Of a stretch of DNA of 64,000 nucleotides, positions 46,801 through 58,200 are shown in pieces. The stretch is from Corallochytrium limacisporum Hawaii (taxonomy: Eukaryota > Protista > Pluriformea): contig PDIP01000028.1 in NCBI GenBank assembly GCA_002811645.1, positions 192,828 to 256,827 of the forward strand. Direction: 5' to 3'. Position 1 is the first letter of the stretch, and each line of letters starts with the position of its first letter. The position numbers and the translations under genes are program-made. The notes under the pieces were generated by a model. It saw only the letters and a list, made by a program, of their open reading frames with translations. It ran no database searches and was not told the origin of the DNA.

Positions 46801-48255
46801 TGCATTGTAGAGCCGGAGCACGGCTTCACCACTGCCCAGTCCTTGCGGTTCAAAAGAAGTCTGTACGCCGCGCTCGGCCACTACACAGCACAAATTCCCC
46901 GCGCGCTTCATAAAACGGAAACCTTCAATGCCCTTGAAGACAGCCTTACCTGTCACAGTATCAAAAAACACAACAATGTGCGAGCCGGGAGTGCGGTGCG
47001 GGCTTTGGAATGAGTAAGACAGGATCTGTGCATCTGTCGGACCAAATACGCACGGTCTGTGCACCAGATTGACGTTGACCAAGAACAAGTTGTTACCTAC
47101 GCTAACAGCTAAACGGTCGTCCCTAGCATGCCAGGCCACGTCTAAGGCAACTTCACCGGGTAGCTGCAGACTCCGAACATGGCCACCGTCCGCAGTGAAG
47201 AGTGAGACGATTGCAACTTTGCTGTGCTCGATCTGTCCGCCTCTGTTGCGCACTCTACTATGCAGACTGCCGGTAATGGCCAGAAAGCGCCCGTCTGTGC
47301 TCCAACTGCAATTGACACCGTCGCTGAGGCCGGTGTGGACTGCTTTGGCGGCGAAATGTGTGCCTCCTTCGGCCGTCACAGACTCGTCCTGCAGAGTGCG
47401 GGTGTGGAAAAGCACGAGGACCCCATGGTCTAGCAACAGTGCGACATTGTTTGAATAATCTCCAGAGCATTGCCGTAGGCAGCGGACAGAGTGCTTTGCC
47501 GCAATACCATTGCTGTCAATGCACAAATGTTCTGCCATTCGAAAGAGTCCCTTGCGCGCGGACAAGAACTTGCCGTCTGCGCTAGTGTAAGCAAGCAGAG
47601 TGCCATCCTCGCAAGCAAAGAGCAATCTGGTGTCATCAGTGTGCCAAAGAACCTGCATTATGTTCAAAACCGCTTTTTGATTGATGGGATCGTTCATAGT
47701 TTTGCCCCAGATGCGATCCCCATCCCTGTTTCCAACCACGACAAGACCATTGGCCCATGCTAGGCAGATCATGGACTCGTCCGCAGACCAACACATGCCC
47801 CGAATTTTGCTGTTAATACGATCGTTGACCATTTCCTGGTACCAAGCACCGTTATGAAATGCCCACACAATGACACATCCATTCTCATCGGCACTAACCA
47901 ACTTGCGGTGCAAGTGATTCCAGACGACTGTTGTAACTTCGCCTTTGTGGCCTTCCAGGGAAGAGTTCATTGCCACCGATGTTGGACTGGCATTACCCTC
48001 AGCAATCTTTCTTGCTTGAGCAGTGAGTTCCACGACATTCTCAGTTGCCTTCTCAGCCGTAGGTTCCAAGCGAATGACCCGCAGCATACCATTGTCACCA
48101 CCCATGGCGATCCATTCCCTGGACTTGTGCCAGGCCACTGCAGACACGCGGGTGCATTTCGGTACACCAAGTTTCTTTATCAATGCGAGATGAATTCGAC
48201 GGGTGGGCACAGAGACTTGGCGCTCACCCTCTGCCAGGTTTCGCATGCTTGACAT
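43882..48255 (-). CDS. WDR35: WDR35/IFT121, IFT-A complex subunit
   Basis: N-terminal LIKKL..WIAMGGDNGMLRVIRL..LEGH..WN..KLVSADENG..W..WYQEMVNDR; TPR-like solenoid HTRLWKLLA..AEIE..FDRAE; C-terminal zinc motifs CGAC..CPGC..TGRP..CWQCAH..CRLC. Confidence 0.92.
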   Translation of the reverse strand: MSSMRNLAEGERQVSVPTRRIHLALIKKLGVPKCTRVSAVAWHKSREWIAMGGDNGMLRVIRLEPTAEKATENVVELTAQARKIAEGNASPTSVAMNSSLEGHKGEVTTVVWNHLHRKLVSADENGCVIVWAFHNGAWYQEMVNDRINSKIRGMCWSADESMICLAWANGLVVVGNRDGDRIWGKTMNDPINQKAVLNIMQVLWHTDDTRLLFACEDGTLLAYTSADGKFLSARKGLFRMAEHLCIDSNGIAAKHSVRCLRQCSGDYSNNVALLLDHGVLVLFHTRTLQDESVTAEGGTHFAAKAVHTGLSDGVNCSWSTDGRFLAITGSLHSRVRNRGGQIEHSKVAIVSLFTADGGHVRSLQLPGEVALDVAWHARDDRLAVSVGNNLFLVNVNLVHRPCVFGPTDAQILSYSFQSPHRTPGSHIVVFFDTVTGKAVFKGIEGFRFMKRAGNLCCVVAERGVQTSFEPQGLGSGEAVLRLYNAIGAALLEILLPFMPIDVSATNQTIVAGSNELVYCCRHRMVSAGSSPLSAESGGGPHDSSSNTAGIEWEALFHIDDQQLQRPDQAMDIKPLPTDNPIVCLAVSNDLLLVARQGGIVTAFSLPSCQPVARQDFRTPVYHIALNCNDTQLALITNNHSLFLCLLDDDLVASVSNGQTRHDEKQSGKVASKTRIGRLLEEPTSDNGSRSRAWQVPDVWDVTWAADDPGLFIYMAKNKLYISRNVNQLEEYLCSGHVCAFTDLNIKIVMLNEILSNPTRPNLDAIVKMDSASLRQCGELLRKASGISRDQDPITLNDVLAFVEKHAHTRLWKLLADESLDQERLDIAQRCYQRSKDLAALRIVKRIRGIDDKMLRRAEIEVHRRRFDRAENLFVRASRPDLAIIMRHKIGDYFRMKLLVLDYANHPAVKESNNGMLQSIANVPYCNGKVGEYLKDRQQYVKATMPLRKAEDYQTLSQCYFMMEDYNEIAKLIVLIDADAAGQKENKPFALTPSQATSLLCEIGHKLASVGMVEDAVRAFEKGRAYERAIASCCDLNRGDIAMELAQKYSVLNVETIFNAYGDQLVVRGSFMQAVDFYRRSGEYGKAALLLCHIAVDLVTKQPQELWSVPLTLKRLYIMAGRMARKFEESYGKSIPGSEVSNLATLIASGGSSPVVAEGEAAGKSVAAPGTNSKSDGDGAAGATPPMEGHQYGLNLLPRESALLYRRAEACHLLGLLSRLLLDHQFKAAYIVSCGLHRYPDFLPETGLCVLHAISAYASGNISACHGALFRARMVLRASGTAVAIDEQILKGGSGRHRPAELLSDASDLAAQLLGPNEQNVRTLVESFKLAVMEETRMNDETPLRSSTQLSGPTLVPNTFQASCGACGLRATEPESSFPMTTYLCPGCNAVFPPSMKTGRPLAVGACTPKDRSSEHLASPRGWRRIDGLRRCWQCAHWEETEGDSGDWTCRLCGEQQE

Positions 48256-51200
48256 CGTGCGGAAGATATGGAACTAAATTTCACGAGTCGACGCTCGCGT
48301 TGCTCTACGAGTCATATCGGAAGTCTCATGGCACCCCAAGTTCCCATCCTTATCGAAATCTCAACGGATCAGAAACTCAATTCTTCCATTTAATGCGAGC
48401 AGGACTGCGGCAATTGTACACCAAAATACCCATCGCACACACCAATCGAATACCGTGCCCTGGACCCGTATTTTTTCGCTAGCTTCCCGTCCAAACGCTC
48501 TGCCGTGCGCCGCGGGGGGAGAAACGCGGAAAAGGGCGGCCCAGCGGAGTGCCTTGGTTTCTTCTCTCCCTATACGCGCGTAGTTTGCGCCCCCGGGCCC
48601 GGGGAGGAGCGCCCGCTGCCACTATCCCGCTAGTGGGAATTTCGAGGATACAGTGAATGTATATCAAACTAAGACGAAGTGCCGGGTTCGGCACGGGCTT
48701 CAGGGAAGATAGGCCTTAGGGAGATCCCCATTGATCAACCATGTTCCTTTAGGCTCCTTACCTGCGACCATCCAAGTGTATGAAGTGTCATGCAACGGCA
48801 TCGTAACGGATTGACGGTCTGCAGTCCGAGAGGTTTGAAATGTTCCGCACGAAAAGACAGAAAGCCAAGATGTTGGGCCACTATGTGGTCGACACGCAGG
48901 CCGGGGATTCTTTAATCCCAACAACGAATTCCCTTCCTCCCCGCCGACTCCACTTGAACATTCTTTCATCCGAATGGGAATGAATGTGACGGTGATGGCA
49001 TGGGGCCCAGTCAGTCCGATCAAACGCGCAGAGAATACGAAGGCTAGTCGAATCCCACCGCCACGATCTTCCAGGGAGAGGGATGCCCAACATAGAGCAC
49101 ACTGAGGTCCGAATGTGGCTTTTCTCCTCCTCAACAAGTTGATGCGAAACAGCAGCATCAAAACGCTTGTTGCGGGTACTGGGCTCATCCTCCTTTAAGG
49201 TTCTCCGACCACATCCCCTAAGGTGCAACTTGAACAAGGTCCCCATCCTTCAACCATGCACACAAACGAAACACAGTCTACTTGCGAAATACTTCCTGAC
49301 TGGGCCGGGACTTAAAGACGAGTGCGAGGGGTGCATGACGTACTTGCTGGCAGCATGCATTGCTTGTTTCGGAGTTCATTTTGAGCCCCTGGTGCTGGTA
49401 TGCGATAGACTTATTATTAACACTGTGCCTGGGTAGGTTTTTTCCTTTGCCGGCCAAAGCAATTGGGGATATCAATTTTATCGAGTTGGGGGAAGGTGGA
49501 GACCCGGGTGGGGGTTGGTTGCCAAAAGAGTGAAGCAACACTGGCTGCGAGCGCCGTGTCCCAAACCCTATTGTACGTCTGACGCGTATACAAACTCTAT
49601 GAGACATTCATTCGTACGTGATACCCCCCCCCCGGGAAATCCCCACCAGAACGGCGAAAAAAGTGTGTTGGATCTCGGATTGTTCCCACTCTCCAGCTGG
49701 AGGTATTTCTTACCCTTCCCCACGGTCGGCGTGTTTCCCTGGGGAGAAACGTTAGATTAAGTTTTGTTTGGTACTCTCGTCACCCACCAAACCTCCCTCC
49801 CAGTCCAAGAACAACAGGCTGGGTGACAATGCTGTGTACAGATGTATCCACTAAGATATGCATCACCAATGCTTGTGACACATTCCCTTATGTGTTGCTG
49901 ATGGCATTGCCCATTTACGTGGCGGAGCTCACATTTAGTGGATGTGAGGTGCTCGTACGTCCCGTCCCTACGAGCCATCAATCCCAAATCGGGGCCAGCA
50001 AGATACGGGAGGTGTGTCTCGCTAGTCCTCACTACCGAAGAGAAGTTGCGCATATGCGACGTGCTATATATCCTTGCTATTGCAGGTGGCTTCTGTGGGT
50101 CTTTCGTGTACACATCATTGGCGCCCACATGAAAAAAGCCAAAAAGAATAGTGCTGTACGCTTACTTTTCCTATGTATTCTGAATTTGGGATGTGTCATT
50201 TCATTTAAGTATTTTTCTTTTTGGACTTTTTGGCACAATGCAGAGAGTTTCATTGCAACATATCGCGGTCGTGGCATTTGCTGGCTACGGGGGGGGTCAA
50301 CAGTTTTGATCCCATTGGTCCTGCGCATCATTCCCAGTACATAATGGTAACCAACAGTCGAACTGATTCATGGTCCCATCACCACCCACTGCTATTGGAG
50401 GGCGATTGGAAACGAAGAAAAGTTCGGCAAGCGGTGCTGGGGGGGGGGATGTTGAAGACCTGTTGGCCCTGGTCTCTATGCATTCGTGGTACCATTGGGA
50501 ACATACCCGTACTTGAACCATGCTGTCTGGATAAGAAAAAAAAATATACGATTTGAAATGGGCGGTAGTGGTGGTGATGGTAAGAGATGTTGCGGGAGGA
50601 AGGTTGTCGAGTGCAGTTGCAGAGACCCGCCTCGTTCTGGGATTCTCTCTTGTTGTTGTTGGCCCAGTGTCCAAGTGCCCACTCTTTAAAACTGAATTCC
50701 TTGGATGTGGGGGTTATCGCCCCGCCCTCCCCCCCCTCCTCCCTTCTGCCAACATACACGGACACAAAGGGAAGCGCAAGTGCGACAAAAAAAGAACCGG
50801 ACAGGTCTTCAGTCTGGCCAGACGTGCCACCTCCGTGTTCGGTTAAACCAGTATTAATGGTTCCATTCCGGACCCAGGGACTTGTATAGTTGGAGCGAGG
50901 ATGGTCATAGATAAAACAATGTCAGTGCAAAAACAAAAAAAAAAGGCCAAAGTGCGAAGCATTATCAATGGTGACACCCACTGTGAAGCACCGGGACACA
51001 TATCCACAGTACGGACTGTCAACGAATGTGAGCGATAGTGTCCGGGGCGTCGGTCGTGTGACCGGGTTCTTCTTCTTTTCCTTTCCTTTTTTTGCGTTTT
51101 TAGTCTGGCACCGAACCGACTCTCAGCCGCCGTGCATGTCTCTCCTGCTCTCGCTTGTGCGTGCCACTCCCCCTCCCCCTCTGTGTACCCTTTGGGTGCG

Positions 51201-52133
51201 CATTGCCATCTCGTGCCCAGCCGGAGACTCGAGAAACAAAGTGCCCGGTCGGTCATCTCGGCTGATCGAGAAATGTTTATACGCCGCCCACCGTGGTAAG
51301 CGGCAAGACAGGCGGGGAGAATTCCCGCTCCCCTTACTCAGACCCCTCCCCCTTCCCGGGCGGGTTCCACACTTCGCTCTTGAGGCCGGTTCATATCGAA
51401 AAGCAAGAGGGCCCGAAAGAAAAAGGGCGGGCTCGAGGTGGGAAGCAGGGGGGCTGCGGTGGCTGCGGGCGAACGTGGTTGTGGTATGAGTTTGTTCCAC
51501 GCTTATATATATGCACAACACACCACCCCCCCGGGGGGGGGGTGTGGAGTCGAGGAGCCAAGCCGTATACGGACGAAGGCCCCCCGGGGGGGGGTGTGTG
51601 TGTGTGTGTTTGGACGAGCGAAATTCTTCAGTGTGTGACAAAGAAGAACACTGTCCCCGTGAGGTGCAGATCGCTAGTATTGGAACTTACCGCACAGAAG
51701 AGATAGAAAGGGTTCCTTCGACAAAAAAAATCAGTTTATCAGCCGCTGTCGTCTGCTGGTCCACCCATCCGCTTTCTTTCTTCCTCGTCGGCAGTGCTGG
51801 TAGGCTGTGTGGGGGTGTGTGTCCTTTGTTGAGAACTTCACTATTCATCGTCGAGGGTGGTGTCGGTGGCTGATGCTGCAATTGATAACAAGAACAGTCA
51901 CGTAAACTGAACAAGCAGAAGAAACGTCGGCCCACCAAGAAGGTATGAGACGTTGCGCTGGCTCTGGGATCAAAACTTAGCTCCTTGACCATACTCTATT
52001 CGGAAACAATGGCCAAAATAGAAACTCGTATGCGAGTACATTAGATGTGGACTAAGAAGAAAGTCAGCAAATCGCTGGTCTATTCCTGAATACACTATTC
52101 ACAGATCAACAAAAGTCACGAGCTAGCACCAAA

Positions 52134-54617
52134 ATGGGCAACGAAAGCTCAAAGGCTGCAAGACAAGGTCTTGACGCCATGGCCAGGGAGGATGCCCGAA
52201 AGGGACACCAGGCACATAGACGTCCGACCGCACCTGAAACCAAAGAGAGCCGCCAAAGCAAGGAGACCAATGGACATGGATCAATTTCTGCTGGTAGAAC
52301 TGGGCCGGGCAATGGCAGTGTGAGCATGTCTCCACCCATGAACAGGATGGACTCTGCACAGACCGATTCCCTGGCCGAAAACTACTTTGACGAGTTGGAG
52401 CTGAAGTGGATTAAAACCGTCTTCAAGGATCTTGCCAAGCGCTCTCCAAGTAAGACCATGGACAAAGAAACGTTCCTGCAGTACATGCACCTTCCAGGCA
52501 TGCTTGGTGAGCGCCTGTTCGCAGTCTTCGACACGAAGAAAGATGGCGTCATCCACATGACTGAATTTATCGCCGGGCTGGCCGTGATCACGAAGGGATC
52601 TTCGGAAGAAAAGATTGAGTTTATCTATGAAATGTTCAACCTCGCCGGAGACGAAGGTGTTAGTAAGGAAGAACTGAGCACCGCTCTGAACTCTGTAGCC
52701 CAGTCCACATGGTCCGTGATGGGCGTAGTACGTGGCAAACGCAGGGGCTCACAGAATCTGCTCGACATAGATGATGATCACGATGCTTCCCCGGAGAACC
52801 TGCGGGAGGCCCAGCGCATCCGCGAACACGTCGATTCGCTTGTCGATCACGCGTTTGAGTCCTGCGACCTGAATAACAGCGGCAAGCTGGAACCGGAGCA
52901 GTTCAAGATGTTCCTCAGGCAAAATCCTAATATTATTGACCTCATCTTTGAAGATGAAAACTTCAAGAAACACTTGGACGAAATGGAACGGAATCGGCAG
53001 GTTGGTGGACTGCGTCTGGCACGCCAGAGCCAAACCGGTCGCATTGACGTGGACATGGCGGGCTGGTTATATCGCCCCACCCGGAATGCGATCAAGTACC
53101 CCAGTGGCTTTGAACCACGTCTCTATGTTCTGGTGGATAATTATCTCTACTACTTCAGTGTATCCTCCGAAAAGCAGACTGCGCCCCTGGAACAACTCCT
53201 GGAACGGCAGCCCGACGGTAATTTGTTCATTGGCGGCTGCTATGTAAGCTATTACCGTGGTCGCATCCCCAAACCGAATCGGGTAGTCAAGTCTCTGAAC
53301 AAGAAATTTGGCCGAGGGTCCAACGGTCGGCTCCATGAAATCATTCGCGAAGATGGCACGGCCATCAATTCACAGATCAAACAGGGAGTCACGTCTCTCA
53401 GCATCAGCGGGCTGAGTCTGGACAGCGACCTTGAAGGCAGCGATCGGGACTCGCTCAACGAAGGCTCGGGCACGGACACACCGCGTGGCACGATGACGGG
53501 AGTAATGTACGACACTCCACCCGGCACTCCCGGAGCTGGAGACAGCGATAGAGATAGCCCACCCGGTAGCGATGGTGGCGGAGATGGTGGCGGAGTAAGT
53601 AGCCGCTCCATGCCGTCCGCTGGCCAATTAGCTGCAAAGGTTGGTAATCTAACTTTTAGCACCGCAGACGACCCTATCTGCACCCGCCACGAGGGCCAGG
53701 ATTTGTACGGCATCAGCATTAAGTGGCCTAAGTACGAGTACGTCATTTACTCTGACGACCATGATATTGCCAAGGGATTCTATGTCGCGCTGCGCAAGGC
53801 TGCCAAGGTACGTGACGTTGAACACTTCTTTGACATTGACTACAAGGCAGAATTGGGCTCTGGCGGCTTTGCCACTGTGTACGTGTGCACAAGCAAGGCC
53901 AACGGCAAGCCGTACGCGTGCAAGGTCATCCCCAAGGCTGGCATGCTGGAGGAAGAGAGGCAGGGCATTATGGCTGAGATTGCCGTGCTTCGAGTCACCA
54001 GACATCCCCACATTGTCGGTTTCAAGGGCATATTCGACACGCCCAAGAAATACTTCTTGATAATGGAGTTGTGTCGTGGTGGAGAATTGTATGATCGCAT
54101 CGCCAAACAAGCCTACAAGGAACCGGAAGCGGCGACGCTATTTGCCCAAATGGCTGAGGCCATTGACTACCTGCATGGACTAGGCATTGTCCACCGTGAC
54201 CTAAAGCCATCGAATATTTTGTTCTCGGATGACGGAATGCTCAAGCTGGCAGACTTTGGTTTCTCCAAGTTTGCTGCCCCCACGGACACTATGGAAGGGC
54301 CAGCGGGAACCATTCTGTATTACGCTCCTGAAGTCTGCAACGGTGAGAGCTACACGAGGGCTGTGGATATTTGGTCCCTTGGTGTCATTCTGTACTGTAT
54401 GGTCACGGGCATCTACCCATTCCGGGGCAAGACCGATCCCGAGATTATGCACAACATTACCAAAGGAGACTACAATCGGACAAGCAAGCGATATGTTCCT
54501 TTGACTGAGGAAGTCAAGGATCTGATCGACAAGATGCTGCAGGTGGAGCCAAGCAAGAGGTTGCCTCTCAAGGAAGTTGCGAAGCATCCCTGGATCGCAC
54601 ACAATGTACCTACTTAA
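52134..54617 (+). CDS. CDPK7-like kinase: myristoylation motif, EF-hands, split PH domain, CAMK-group kinase domain
   Basis: MGNESS N-terminus; EF-hand loops DTKKDGVIHMTEF, NLAGDEGVSKEEL, DLNNSGKLEPEQF; PH-like MAGWLY..RLYVLVDNYLYYF; kinase motifs GSGGFATV, YACK, HRDLKPSN, DFG, APE. Confidence 0.88.
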   Translation: MGNESSKAARQGLDAMAREDARKGHQAHRRPTAPETKESRQSKETNGHGSISAGRTGPGNGSVSMSPPMNRMDSAQTDSLAENYFDELELKWIKTVFKDLAKRSPSKTMDKETFLQYMHLPGMLGERLFAVFDTKKDGVIHMTEFIAGLAVITKGSSEEKIEFIYEMFNLAGDEGVSKEELSTALNSVAQSTWSVMGVVRGKRRGSQNLLDIDDDHDASPENLREAQRIREHVDSLVDHAFESCDLNNSGKLEPEQFKMFLRQNPNIIDLIFEDENFKKHLDEMERNRQVGGLRLARQSQTGRIDVDMAGWLYRPTRNAIKYPSGFEPRLYVLVDNYLYYFSVSSEKQTAPLEQLLERQPDGNLFIGGCYVSYYRGRIPKPNRVVKSLNKKFGRGSNGRLHEIIREDGTAINSQIKQGVTSLSISGLSLDSDLEGSDRDSLNEGSGTDTPRGTMTGVMYDTPPGTPGAGDSDRDSPPGSDGGGDGGGVSSRSMPSAGQLAAKVGNLTFSTADDPICTRHEGQDLYGISIKWPKYEYVIYSDDHDIAKGFYVALRKAAKVRDVEHFFDIDYKAELGSGGFATVYVCTSKANGKPYACKVIPKAGMLEEERQGIMAEIAVLRVTRHPHIVGFKGIFDTPKKYFLIMELCRGGELYDRIAKQAYKEPEAATLFAQMAEAIDYLHGLGIVHRDLKPSNILFSDDGMLKLADFGFSKFAAPTDTMEGPAGTILYYAPEVCNGESYTRAVDIWSLGVILYCMVTGIYPFRGKTDPEIMHNITKGDYNRTSKRYVPLTEEVKDLIDKMLQVEPSKRLPLKEVAKHPWIAHNVPT

Positions 54618-55217
54618 ACGCTCCTGCCTGAATGACACCCCCCGCAATCAAATTCAACATCTGCAATTCCTTTGTAACCATCATCATCATCATCATTACT
54701 ATTACAATTACCATTACTGTGTGACAACGCTTCGTGTGGGTCCAAGTACATTCTCTTTTCTGTTAACAATATCAACCGCCATGCTTCGCTCAAACAAGAG
54801 TTCATGCGAATTGCTGATTTGCAGATCAGAGGAAGGTGGGAGGATGGTAAGGCGATATACCCTACCATGAACCTCTACCTTAGACCATACAGTTGTTTGA
54901 CTCAGAGCATTCAGGGCTGTGCGGGCGTTGTCGTAGTCGCAAGGGAAGTGTCAGTCATGTGATTCTTCACTGTTCTTTACTAAATTTAATTCTCTTTCTC
55001 ACATCACCAGTGTCGCTGTTACCAACGTCACTGCTTCTTTAAAACATTTTTCATGGCTGTACGGCTGTGCTCTTCGCAGGGTGAAAGGTGGCAAGCCCAT
55101 CACACACTTCCCTCATCTTTGCCTCACGTACATAGCATCTTGAGGACCTTCGTGCACAGCCAGTGTGACCGGGTTACCAAAGTGTAGCATCCTACATTGG
55201 TGCATCATCCTCGGTAC

Positions 55218-58200
55218 CTAATGCCCTCTCGATTCCTCTTTCTCGTCCTCATCAGAGGACGTGTGCTGATGATGGGCGTTCGGAACGCTTTCTCCTTCGT
55301 CTTCATGGTTGATCGAGGAAGACTCCAGAGTCCGGTTCCCCGCAGACAGGTGCCTAGCAGCCAGGTACCTAGCAGCCATCCCATCTGAGTAAGACACCGA
55401 ATTACTGTCCATTCCATCAAAGTCAGACACCGAGCTCAGATCCTTAACAAGCATGTCATCACCGTACCTATGGGCGCTACTCTGTGCGTTTGCGTCATCC
55501 ACAGCAAGATGACCACCTTGCATGCCACTAAATGCAGCCACCAGTTCAATTTCGTCTGCTACTGACGAGTTACGCATTCCGCTATGCTCTTGATGATCAA
55601 GCATTGTTTGTCGTCGCCAATGAGGAATCCTACCAACTGGTGTGAAATCAGCTTCTCCGATCAATAGGGGAAATGCATAGTCGTTCCACAGATTTCCGTC
55701 CAACACATGAATCGCATGGTCAGGTGTACCAATTTCGGCCCGCACGGGCTGTCCGTCATCAAGTTCGTCCGACCTGGGTGCTCCATTATTATCCGTGATA
55801 GTCTCGTCCGATAAGAAATCTCCATCATCATTTACGTTAGCTTCACCAGCCATGGATTCTCCGGCATCCATTTCGGCAACCATGGGCTCTTTGGCATCCT
55901 TTTCGGCTTCCATGGACTCTTCGGCATCACTTTCGGGAACCATAGATTCTCCAGCATCCATTTCGGAAACCATGGCCTCTCTATCATCATCCGTATCAAC
56001 CTCCCCGGACACGGGTTCTCCATCATTAGTTTCGCCAAACATGAACCTGAACACGAGTTCTTCATTGTTCCTTTTCTGGTCCTCTGTGAGCAGCCACAGA
56101 ACCGGCTTCCAAAAGCCCACGGGCCATGACGTTCGGTGGAATCGAGGTGGCACACCATATTCAATCATGCCTTGCTGAGTGATTGAGATCTTGGTGTTGA
56201 TGTCCCGATCTGAAGCAACGTCGACCCTTTCCTGCAAGACCTCATGTGCTTCAGACGTTTGCTTGTCTCCGGCCTGGGACTCGTCCAGCGCATTTTCCTG
56301 AGGCCACACACTCTGCTCATGGATCTCAAAAGATGAACTTGCCCGAATCTTCGGCGATGATTGTGCGTTGAGCTCAAGTGGTTCGAAATCAGTCTCAGTG
56401 AACATCTCAGTATCAGGTAGAAGTGGTTGCTTGCTCTCGCCTTCGAATAGGTGCTTCCGATTGCTTCCAGAGTCCATCGTGTTACCTACCTCTGTCTCAG
56501 ACACTAGCCTTTCGGAAAGAAGGTCCGTGTCGATATTGGCGGCTAAGATCTTATCATCATTGGAGACTGTGATCCACTCCGTGCCATAAAGCTGGTGCCC
56601 ATCACTGTGGCGTGTGGCCCTCCTAATTGTCCCTTTGAGGGAACCACAATCAGTCCATGGAATTGGCTCCGAGTGTCTGTTTAGAAGGGGGAGTCTTCCA
56701 GTCTGTACACGGGACCCTGGGTCATCATCAGACATCTGCGCAGACTGAGTCGAGCTTGATGCGGTCTCCGCATGCGCAATAGAGCACGCTTCGTCGATGA
56801 AGTCTTTCACACCTGCTACAAGTAGGTCATTGAAGACAGGCTCTTCTATTGTGCTCTCAACAGTCACACGACACCTTTCTAGTAGTGAAGCCAAAACCAA
56901 CGGTTCCAAGCCACAGCGCAACGTTAGTATTTCCGGCTGACTATCGCCGTGAACCTCAATGTGGTCATTACCGAAACCCTGGTCATGCCTATTGTCACGT
57001 TGATCATCCTTTTGCTCCTCATTTTCTTCATATTCAAAGTATGGCACAGGGGACACTTGACTTCCAATAGAGACCACCGGCCGGTACCTCAGTGACTGAT
57101 AGCGTTCTTTTGCCACGTGGATCTTGGATATGTTGCCCTCACGGTTTACGATCCAGACTTGGTCAGCTTCCTGTGGAATTCTTGAGTGGCCTCCAATGGA
57201 GTCAATGCCTGGCATCTTGTCATGATTCCCATCCTTCTTTGAGTGCAGCACAGCAACGATTGAGACAGACCGAGATCCGGTCAGACATCGCAAATACTCC
57301 ATGTCCCTGGTCATCACATCCCAGATTCCTACACCCGGATGCTCAGCCACACTAAGCATATAGTTCATGTTGTCTAAAACGATGTGTCGTAGATTCTTGT
57401 GCTGGACCCGTGCCAACTGGTACGACCGAAGAATGGTATCCGTGCGCATGCGTTTGAGTTGGTCCGTTTTGGATTGAGCATAGCCAACGATGTCCACGTA
57501 TTTTGAGGAGTGGGGACCAACTGTCAGTCCTCCAAAGCTCGCCATCCGCGCATGCATGTCCGCAACTGTCAATTCAAAACTAGCGTAGTGAACAGACTGG
57601 TAGAGTGCTACATGAGAGTAGATTTTTTGGAGCACCAGTGTCTTACCTTGACCTGTCTTACCACTCATTAGAGTGAGAGTGTTGCGTGCACCGTGGATAA
57701 GTCTTCCAAGATCCGGAGTTCCTGACAACTTGCCTCGCCCACGCATCGTCCGACACATAGGCTTGAGAAGATTCTGGGTTTCCATTAGTCCGTCGGACGT
57801 GTCGGATTTGTCGTCTGAAGGGGTCTCGTATGCCCTATAGGTGCCACTTTCTTTGGCTGTTCCCATTGAACGCCTTTGGACCCATGTACCAGACAGGGAA
57901 ACCGTTGAGAAGCGACTATGGTCTTGACTTGTGTTAGGTGTGTTTGAGCACTGTTTCTTCCACCTCCGAACATGATTGCTTGATTTTCCTCTATATGAAA
58001 CCGAGTTATGGACTATAGCATGGTGACCTTTGAAGATTGAACTACGAGACACGGGCATACATTGCCCAAGATGCTTAACCGACCGAGAATGTAATCGTTC
58101 CTGGACAGCATTACTTAACGCACTCGGCTCTATACATGCTTCATTGTAGATTGATATCTTGTTTTGGCTCGCGAATGTCGCCGTACGCGGGCTCCGTCTA

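Noticed and set aside
48700-51990. Possible genes or pseudogenes between WDR35 and the kinase
   Set aside because: ORFs up to 173 aa with no recognisable family and no consistent frame; treated as divergent promoter and leader DNA.
55851-55990. CRISPR-like array
   Set aside because: Contiguous degenerate 30-nt units with no spacers, in frame within a eukaryotic CDS.
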